Of a DNA stretch of 49,732 bases, positions 43,741-49,732 are shown piece by piece. The first letter of the stretch is position 1, and every line of letters starts with the position of its first letter. The position numbers and the translations under genes are program-made. Location: positions 1 through 49,732 of the forward strand of contig JAEDNQ010000001.1 in NCBI GenBank assembly GCA_016302435.1, in the 5' to 3' direction. The stretch comes from Bacteroidaceae bacterium. GTDB taxonomy: Bacteria; Bacteroidota; Bacteroidia; Bacteroidales; Bacteroidaceae. Under the pieces are notes generated by a model. That model searched no databases and was not told the DNA's origin. It saw only the letters and a program-made list of their open reading frames with translations.

Positions 43741-43775
43741 AAAAGATGCCAGTGTCATGTTGGCTGGCATCTTTT
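43741..43775 (-). terminator. Rho-independent terminator after lysA
   Basis: Perfect 12-bp stem AAAAGATGCCAG / CTGGCATCTTTT with an 11-nt loop and a T-run on the minus strand. Confidence 0.65.
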
Positions 43776-43882
43776 CTGACATTATGTCTGCTTGTATGGC
43801 AGATTGTCTTGTATGCAATGTCTTGCCCGTCGGAGGGGGTGAGTGATGGGTGGTGGATAGATGCTGCTCTATAGGTCTCCCT

Positions 43883-45043
43883 TTATTGCAGTTCGTCGCT
43901 TGTGTAGGCTTGTGGGAGCTGGCGGCAGTTGTAGCCAGATGCCATTATCTCTCCGTATGCTCCTGCTGAGAGCATGGCGAGGAGGTCGCCGCGGTGGGTG
44001 CGAGGGAGCTTTATGTCTTTGTCGAAGACATCGCTTGACTCGCAGATGGGTCCTACGACGTCGTATGTCTCTTCGGGCTCGGTGCTGCTGAGGTTGAGTA
44101 TCTTGTGGTGGGCATCGTAGAGGGCAGGGCGGATGAGGTCTGTCATTCCGGCATCGACGATGGCGAACTGCTTGACGGAGCCTTGCTTGACGTAGTTGAC
44201 GCGTGTGATGAGTGCTCCGCACTGTCCGACTACTGCTCGTCCGAGTTCGAAGTGGAGGCTCTGTCCTGGACGGAGCTTGAGGTGGCTGTGGTAGGTGGCG
44301 AAGTAGGAGGCGAAGTCGGGGATGGGGTTTGCCTCGGGTGCGGTGTAGTCTATGCCGAGTCCTCCGCCCACGTTGATTATGTCGAGTGTGATGCCTGCTG
44401 CTTCGAGTCGGTCCTGAAGTTGGTTGATGCGCTCGGCGAGGGCTACGAAGTCGTCCATCTCGAGTATTTGTGAGCCGATGTGGAAGTGGAGTCCTTTGAA
44501 GGCTATGTTGCTCATCTCCTTGCTCTTGGCGATGACTGTCTCCATGTCTTCCATGGCTATGCCGAACTTGTTTTCGGCGAGGCCTGTGGTGATGTTGGCA
44601 TGTGTGTGCGCACCAACGTTGGGGTTGATGCGGAAGCAGACGTTGGCAGTCTTCTGCTTGGCGCATGCTATCTCGTTGATGACTTCGAGTTCTGGTATGC
44701 TCTCTACGTTGAAGCAGAAGATGCCTGCTTCGAGTCCGAGTTCTATCTCCCAGTCGCTCTTGCCGACTCCTGCAAAGACTATCTTGTCGGCTGGAAAGCC
44801 TGCTTTGAGCACCTGCTGTATTTCACCTCCTGAGACGCAGTCGATGCCGAGTCCTGCCTCGTTGATGATGCTGAGGAGCTTAAGGTTGGCATTGGCCTTG
44901 ACGGCGTAGTGCACGTGGTAGTTGGGGTACTTTTGTGTTTCGGCGGTGATGGTTTGGAGTGTCTGGCGGAGCAGGTCAGTGTCGTAGTAGTAGAAGGGGG
45001 TCTTGACCTGTGCGAGTCTGGCAGTGGGGAATGTGATGGACAT
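43883..45043 (-). CDS. lysA: Diaminopimelate decarboxylase
   Basis: TPFYYYD, HYAVKAN (PLP lysine), GGGLGI, CESSD motifs. The start was moved to MSITFP (cat at 45041-45043). Confidence 0.9.
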   Translation of the reverse strand: MSITFPTARLAQVKTPFYYYDTDLLRQTLQTITAETQKYPNYHVHYAVKANANLKLLSIINEAGLGIDCVSGGEIQQVLKAGFPADKIVFAGVGKSDWEIELGLEAGIFCFNVESIPELEVINEIACAKQKTANVCFRINPNVGAHTHANITTGLAENKFGIAMEDMETVIAKSKEMSNIAFKGLHFHIGSQILEMDDFVALAERINQLQDRLEAAGITLDIINVGGGLGIDYTAPEANPIPDFASYFATYHSHLKLRPGQSLHFELGRAVVGQCGALITRVNYVKQGSVKQFAIVDAGMTDLIRPALYDAHHKILNLSSTEPEETYDVVGPICESSDVFDKDIKLPRTHRGDLLAMLSAGAYGEIMASGYNCRQLPQAYTSDELQ

Positions 45044-45136
45044 GATGGTAGTGGTGTTGTTTTTTTGTGTATGTGATGTATGGGTAGGCGTCGGCATGGG
45101 TGGTATGCCGGCGCCTGTGTGGTAAAGTTTGTTGTT

Positions 45137-45227
45137 CTCAGCTGATGAGTTGTGTAAACATTATCTCTTAATTGATGAGTTGTGTAAACATTTTCTCTCA
45201 GCTGAATAGGTATGTAAACATTTTTTT
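45137..45227. repeat. 30-bp tandem repeat x3 continuing into the lysC 3' end
   Basis: The GTAAACA anchor recurs at 45154, 45184 and 45214. Units alternate between CTCAGCTGA.. and CTTAATTGA.. heads. The fourth in-phase unit, CTTAATTGAAGAGGTTGT, is the lysC stop plus its last codons. Confidence 0.85.
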
Positions 45228-45228
45228 C

Positions 45229-46542
45229 TTAATTGAAGAGGTTGTCTGAGAGAGCTTGGAGTGCGCGCTGCTTGTCTTGCGCGGAGATGAGGAATGAGAT
45301 GTTGTGGTCAGAGCCTCCGTATGAGATCATGTGTACGGGCACTTCTTTGAGTGCTTCTGTAGCTTTGCTCTCGAATCCGACATTGTCAGACTGGAGGTCG
45401 CCTACGACGCAGATGATGCACATGTCGTGGTATATCTGTACGTGGCCGAACTTCTTGAGCTCGTCGACGATGGTGTTGAGGTTGGCTGTGTTGTCGATGG
45501 AGACGCTGACGCCTACCTCGGAGGTGGTGATCATGTCGATGGAAGTCTTGTATGTCTCAAAGATTTCGAATACTTTGCGCAGGAAGCCGTAGGCGAGCAG
45601 CATGCGTGAGGATGTGATGCGTATGGCTGTGATGTTGTCCTTGGCTGCCACGGCCTTTATCTTGCCCTGTTCTGTCTCGTTGCTGATGATGGTGCCAGGG
45701 GCTGTGGGGTCCATGGTGTTGAGGAGCTTGACGGGTATGCCTGCATATTTTGCTGGCTGCACGCATGTGGGGTGGAGTATCTTGGCACCGAAGTAGGCGA
45801 GTTCGGCTGCTTCCTCGAAGTGGAGGTGGTTGACGGGTGAGGTGTTCTTGACGAAGCGTGGGTCGTTGTTGTGCATGCCGTCGATGTCGGTCCATATCTG
45901 TATCTCAGAAGCTCCTACGGCTGCTCCGATGAGTGATGCGCTGTAGTCGGAGCCGCCACGCTGGAGGTTGTCTATCTCTCCGTAGGCGTTGCGACAGATG
46001 AAGCCCTGTGTGATGTATATCTCTTTGCCTGGAACGGCATTGAGCTGGTCGTGGATTTTCTCCCTTATGTATTCGAGGTCGGGCTCAGAGTTCTTGTCTG
46101 TGCGCATGAACTCGAGGGCTGGTATGAGGGCAGCGTTGTAGCCTTGTTCGAGGAGGTAGTTTGTCACCATGTTGGTGGAGATGATTTCTCCCTGTCCGAC
46201 GATGATTTTCTCTTCGAACATGGTGAAGATGCCCTTGGTGAAGGAGCGCAGGTAGTTGAACTCTTCTTTGAGGAAGGCCAGTGTCTGCTGTTTCATGGCG
46301 TCGGTGGTGTAGAGTTCGTCTACGTGCTTGCGGTATTTCTTTTCGAGAACATTGATGGTCTCGTTGGCTCCTTCTGGATTTTTCTTGTAGAGATAGTCTG
46401 AAATCTCCACGAGAGAGTTTGTTGTGCCTGACATTGCGGAGAGGACAACTATTTTCTGTTCTCCGTCTGTGATGAGTTTTACGACATCCTTCATGCGCTG
46501 AGGGGTGCCGACGGATGTTCCGCCAAACTTCAGTACTTTCAT
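45229..46542 (-). CDS. lysC: Aspartate kinase
   Basis: MKVLKFGGTSVG amino-acid kinase N-terminus and C-terminal ACT-like region. The start was moved to cat at 46540-46542. Confidence 0.9.
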   Translation of the reverse strand: MKVLKFGGTSVGTPQRMKDVVKLITDGEQKIVVLSAMSGTTNSLVEISDYLYKKNPEGANETINVLEKKYRKHVDELYTTDAMKQQTLAFLKEEFNYLRSFTKGIFTMFEEKIIVGQGEIISTNMVTNYLLEQGYNAALIPALEFMRTDKNSEPDLEYIREKIHDQLNAVPGKEIYITQGFICRNAYGEIDNLQRGGSDYSASLIGAAVGASEIQIWTDIDGMHNNDPRFVKNTSPVNHLHFEEAAELAYFGAKILHPTCVQPAKYAGIPVKLLNTMDPTAPGTIISNETEQGKIKAVAAKDNITAIRITSSRMLLAYGFLRKVFEIFETYKTSIDMITTSEVGVSVSIDNTANLNTIVDELKKFGHVQIYHDMCIICVVGDLQSDNVGFESKATEALKEVPVHMISYGGSDHNISFLISAQDKQRALQALSDNLFN

Positions 46543-46615
46543 TGCTTCTTTTGTATGTGTGTGTATGATGATGTTTATTTTTTCTTTTTCTATTGTCCCT
46601 TTTTCTGCCCTTGGC

Positions 46616-46706
46616 CTGTTAACGGAATAACTCATTAACCCATTAACCTGTTAGCCAATTAACCCATTAACGGGATAACCAATTAACCTGTTAACCCATT
46701 AACCCT
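46616..46706. repeat. 8-bp phased degenerate tandem repeat x11 (YTAAC core)
   Basis: The final C of TAAC or TAGC falls at 46623, 46631, 46639, 46647, 46655, 46663, 46671, 46679, 46687, 46695 and 46703, an exact 8-nt period. Confidence 0.9.
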
Positions 46707-46708
46707 TA

Positions 46709-47383
46709 CTATTCGCTTACCTCTTTGAGCTGGTGGTCTTCACACTTGAGCATGCGTCCGGGGTACATCTCGATGAGCTGCATGTTGTGAGTGATGATGA
46801 TTACGGTGCTGCCGGCTTTGCATATCTGCATGAGCAGTTCGGTTATCTGTTTTCCTGTTTCGAGGTCGAGGTTGCCTGTAGGCTCGTCGGCGAGGATGAG
46901 TTTGGGTCTGTTGAGTATGGCTCGTGCTATGACGATGCGCTGTTGTTCGCCTCCTGACAGTTCGGATGGCATCTTGTAGCCTTTAGTGGACATGCCTACG
47001 AGTTGGAGCACATCGCTGATGCGCTGGTTTATGTCGACTTTGTTTTTCCATCCTGTGGCTTTGAGGACGAAGCGGAGGTTGGCGTCCACGCTGCGGTCGG
47101 TAAGGAGCTGGAAGTCTTGGAAGATGATGCCGAGTTTCTTGCGCAGTTCGGGCAGGCGTGATTGCTTTAGTGTGGTCATGTCATAACCCATGACTTCTGC
47201 TTCGCCTTCGCTGATGGGCAGTTCGCCATAGAGAGTCTTGAGCAGTGAGCTCTTGCCTGTGCCAACCTTGCCTGTGATGTAGACGAACTCGCCTTCTTCA
47301 ATCTGGAGGTTGACATTGTTGAGCACGAGCTGCTCTTCTTGGTAGACGTTGACGTTTTTGTAGTCTATGAGTTTCATGATCAT
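46709..47383 (-). CDS. ftsE: Cell-division ABC ATPase FtsE-like
   Basis: Walker [10 protein letters not shown], signature LSGGEQQR, Walker B LILADEPT. 224 aa. No ftsX lies adjacent. Confidence 0.75.
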   Translation of the reverse strand: MIMKLIDYKNVNVYQEEQLVLNNVNLQIEEGEFVYITGKVGTGKSSLLKTLYGELPISEGEAEVMGYDMTTLKQSRLPELRKKLGIIFQDFQLLTDRSVDANLRFVLKATGWKNKVDINQRISDVLQLVGMSTKGYKMPSELSGGEQQRIVIARAILNRPKLILADEPTGNLDLETGKQITELLMQICKAGSTVIIITHNMQLIEMYPGRMLKCEDHQLKEVSE

Positions 47384-47413
47384 GGTGTGGGTTTAGGAGG
47401 GGTGATGTGTGTC

Positions 47414-47452
47414 TTAGTGCTTATGCCTGCATTGTGCATTAGTGCTTATGCC
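47414..47452. repeat. 14-nt exact duplicate of the hisIE 3' end
   Basis: TTAGTGCTTATGCC occurs at 47414-47427 and 47439-47452. The second copy is the hisIE stop plus its last four codons. Confidence 0.9.
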
Positions 47453-48050
47453 AGTTGGGGTCGTGGCGTTCGGCCAATTCGGCTGCAAGGTCTTCGATGG
47501 TGAGACCTTTGGAGGTGAGGAGGACGATGAGGTGGTAGAGCATGTCGGAGGCTTCGTAGACGAGTCGTTCGTTGTTGTTGGCTACGGCTTCGATGACGGC
47601 TTCGAGGGCTTCTTCTCCCACTTTCTGTGCCATGCGGTGGCAACCGTCTCGGAAGAGCGATGTGGTGTAGCTGCCTTCGGGCATTTCCTCGTGTCTTTTC
47701 TCGATGAATCGCTGCAGCTCGACGAGGAACATGATGGGGTTGTCGTTTTTCTCGTTCCAGCATGTGTCGGCTCCTGTGTGGCATACGGGTCCTACGGGGT
47801 TGGCCTTGATGAGGAGTGTGTCCTTGTCGCAGTCGTTGAGAATCTCCACGACGTTGAGGAAGTTGCCGCTGGTCTCTCCCTTTGTCCAGAGAGTGTTGCG
47901 TGTGCGGCTATAGAATGTCACCTTGCCTGTTTCTACTGTCTTGTTGTATGCCTCTTCGTTCATGAATCCGAGCATGAGCACTTTGAGTGTCTTGGCGTCC
48001 TGCACGATGGCAGGTACGAGACCGTTCATCTTGTTGAAATCGATTTCCAT
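47439..48050 (-). CDS. hisIE: Bifunctional phosphoribosyl-AMP cyclohydrolase / phosphoribosyl-ATP diphosphatase
   Basis: HisI motifs (FYSRTR..LW.KGE.SGN, CDKDTLL, GPVCHTG) and a HisE C-terminal helical domain. Confidence 0.9.
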   Translation of the reverse strand: MEIDFNKMNGLVPAIVQDAKTLKVLMLGFMNEEAYNKTVETGKVTFYSRTRNTLWTKGETSGNFLNVVEILNDCDKDTLLIKANPVGPVCHTGADTCWNEKNDNPIMFLVELQRFIEKRHEEMPEGSYTTSLFRDGCHRMAQKVGEEALEAVIEAVANNNERLVYEASDMLYHLIVLLTSKGLTIEDLAAELAERHDPNWHKH

Positions 48051-48123
48051 TATCTATTATATAATATGTGTATGTTGAGTTGCTGAACATAAATTGGTGT
48101 GTGAGGGAGGGAGAGCGTGTGGG

Positions 48124-48915
48124 TCAGAGTCGGACATTGATGCCGTTGTCTGCCAGGTATGCCTTGAGCTCCGGGATGGGTATCTCGCCGAAGTGGAAGA
48201 CGCTGGCAGCGAGGGCTGCATCGCTGTGTCCGTTGGCGAAGGTGTTGAGGAAGTGCTCTTTGCATCCGGCTCCTCCCGAGGCGATGACGGGTATGGTGAG
48301 CAGGTCGGAGAGTTTGCGCAGGGCTGCGTCGGCAAATCCGTTTTTCACTCCGTCGTGGTTCATGGACGTGAAGAGTATCTCTCCTGCTCCGCGTTCGTTG
48401 ACTTCTTTTGCCCAGTCGAAGAGGCGGCGTTCTGTGGGTACTCTGCCGCCGTTGATGTGGCATATCCACTCTCCGTCGATGTTGGGGTCACCGTTGGGGT
48501 GGATAATGTCGTCCACGCACTTGGCGTCGATGGCTACGACGCACACTTGGCTGCCGAAGTGTGTGGCTATCTCGTCTATGAGGCCGGGGTTGCGGAGGGC
48601 TGCTGAGTTGATGCTCACCTTGTCGGCTCCAGCGTTGAGTAGTCGGTCGACGTCGCTGAGTTCGTTGATGCCTCCTCCCACGGTGAAGGGTATGTTGATT
48701 TCTTGCGCTATGCGCTTGACGAGCTGTGTGAAGGTCTTGCGTCCTTCGTGTGAGGCTGTGATGTCGAGGTAGACGAGTTCGTCAGCTCCCTGTCTGCTGT
48801 ATGTTTTGCCGAGTTCGATGGGGTCTCCTGCTTGTCGCAGGTTGAGGAAGTTGGTGCCTTTGACGGTTTGTCCGTCTTTGATGTCGAGGCATGGTATGAT
48901 GCGTTTAGCCAACAT
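48124..48915 (-). CDS. hisF: Imidazole glycerol phosphate synthase cyclase subunit
   Basis: [36 protein letters not shown] motifs. The start was moved to cat at 48913-48915 and overlaps the hisA end. Confidence 0.9.
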   Translation of the reverse strand: MLAKRIIPCLDIKDGQTVKGTNFLNLRQAGDPIELGKTYSRQGADELVYLDITASHEGRKTFTQLVKRIAQEINIPFTVGGGINELSDVDRLLNAGADKVSINSAALRNPGLIDEIATHFGSQVCVVAIDAKCVDDIIHPNGDPNIDGEWICHINGGRVPTERRLFDWAKEVNERGAGEILFTSMNHDGVKNGFADAALRKLSDLLTIPVIASGGAGCKEHFLNTFANGHSDAALAASVFHFGEIPIPELKAYLADNGINVRL

Positions 48916-49627
48916 ATTTCTCCAGTTCTTCAAGTGTTATTTTTCCTTCGTAGATGGCTTTGCCGAAGACAACTGCAGGTATGCCGGCTTCGTTGAGCCT
49001 GTCTATGTCTTCTATGCAGCTGACGCCTCCGCTGGCTATGAGGTACATGTCTTGGAACTCAGCCATGATGTCTTTGTAGAGTTGGATGGCTGGACCTTGG
49101 AGCATGCCGTCTCTGCTGATGTCGGTGCACAGGACATTGTCCACTCCCTTGCTGACATATTTTCTGAGGAATGGCATGAGTTGGTCTTCACCTTCTTCTT
49201 TCCATCCGTTGATGCTGATGAGTCCGTTTTTGACGTCAGCTCCGAGGATGATCTTGTTGTCGTTGTATTTTTCGAGCCATGAGGCGAAGAGGTCGGGCTC
49301 CTTGACTGCCACGCTGCCTATGGTCACCATGGTGGCTCCGCTGGCGAAGGCTATGTCGATGTCGCTGTCGGACTTGATGCCACCGCCGAAGTCGATGACG
49401 AGGCTGGTGTGGTCGGCTATCTTCTCTATGGTCTTGTAGTTGACGATGTGTCGCGAGCGAGCTCCGTCGAGGTCGACTGTGTGGAGGCGTGTGATGCCGT
49501 GTGCCTCAAACATCTTGGCCACTTCCACGGGGTCTTCGTTGTAGATTTTCTTGGTGTCATAGTCGCCTTGTGTGAGGCGAACGCATTTGCCGTCTATGAT
49601 GTCTATGGCGGGGATAATGTCAATCAT
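48905..49627 (-). CDS. hisA: ProFAR isomerase
   Basis: [29 protein letters not shown] motifs. 240 aa. Confidence 0.9.
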   Translation of the reverse strand: MIDIIPAIDIIDGKCVRLTQGDYDTKKIYNEDPVEVAKMFEAHGITRLHTVDLDGARSRHIVNYKTIEKIADHTSLVIDFGGGIKSDSDIDIAFASGATMVTIGSVAVKEPDLFASWLEKYNDNKIILGADVKNGLISINGWKEEGEDQLMPFLRKYVSKGVDNVLCTDISRDGMLQGPAIQLYKDIMAEFQDMYLIASGGVSCIEDIDRLNEAGIPAVVFGKAIYEGKITLEELEKYVG

Positions 49628-49732
49628 TTCGATAAGTGGGTGTATATGTGTAGTTGGTGTTAAAGGAAGATGCCGTCGGCTGCACTTTGTTGCGTCTGCA
49701 TTTATGTGGGCTGCACTTTGGGGCGGCTTCTG

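Noticed and set aside
42873-43882. CIRCE/HrcA operator near grpE and dnaJ.
   Set aside because: There is no TTAGCACTC-N9-GAGTGCTAA-like inverted repeat in either upstream region, and no hrcA gene in the window.
43869-44666. 265-aa Arg/His/Pro-rich ORF in another frame of the same strand as lysA. Similar long alternative-frame or antisense ORFs include 31078-31923, 30617-31477, 35972-36637, 26674-27249, 23357-23902, 47442-48086, 48068-48772 and 16526-17095.
   Set aside because: Each lies entirely inside a gene with strong family motifs and has a low-complexity, compositionally extreme translation. They are explained by the coding-strand bias (C-rich third positions, few TTA/CTA/TCA codons), which removes stops from the other frames. 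None shows an independent promoter, motif or domain.
46543-46708. Lysine riboswitch upstream of lysC.
   Set aside because: The spacer is almost entirely the 8-bp repeat and a pyrimidine-rich leader. None of the conserved L-box helices or motifs could be recognised by eye. An Rfam scan would be decisive.

Overview
The window is about 50 kb of chromosome that looks like Bacteroidota, probably Bacteroidales or Prevotella-like. The taxon call is an inference from four things: TAnnTTTG -7 boxes, A/C-rich G-poor leaders with no Shine-Dalgarno sequence, a FeoA-FeoB fusion, and the oadGAB Na+ pump. Gene content is mostly housekeeping and densely packed. It includes folB, oadGAB, an S41 protease, dCMP deaminase, dcp, apbE, ruvC, tRNA-Thr(CGT), pyrK-pyrD, ligA, gmd-fcl, feoAB, rng, grpE-dnaJ, lysA-lysC, ftsE and hisA-F-IE. 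No integrase, transposase or obvious mobile element is present. The left edge (1-126) appears to be the end of a CRISPR array that runs off the window. The least ordinary proteins are: a 1083-aa fusion of a PD-(D/E)xK nuclease to a Dna2/Upf1-type SF1 helicase (Dna2/Nhi-like) directly after pyrKD; an orphan NarL/LuxR-type response regulator followed by a small polytopic membrane protein; a sensor histidine kinase look-alike that has lost its phospho-acceptor His and its ATP-binding residues; and a stand-alone 218-aa ORF resembling only the C-terminal part of class II ribonucleotide reductases. A 29-aa highly basic ORF (bS22-like) is missing from the ORF track. The most unusual thing at the DNA level is the number of short tandem arrays in intergenic spacers, with periods of 8, 9, 14, 20, 27, 30 and 36 bp plus one 14-nt duplicate. 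Several of these run in phase into, and look like decaying copies of, the terminus of the neighbouring gene. All functional calls rest on motifs read by eye; no database search was run.
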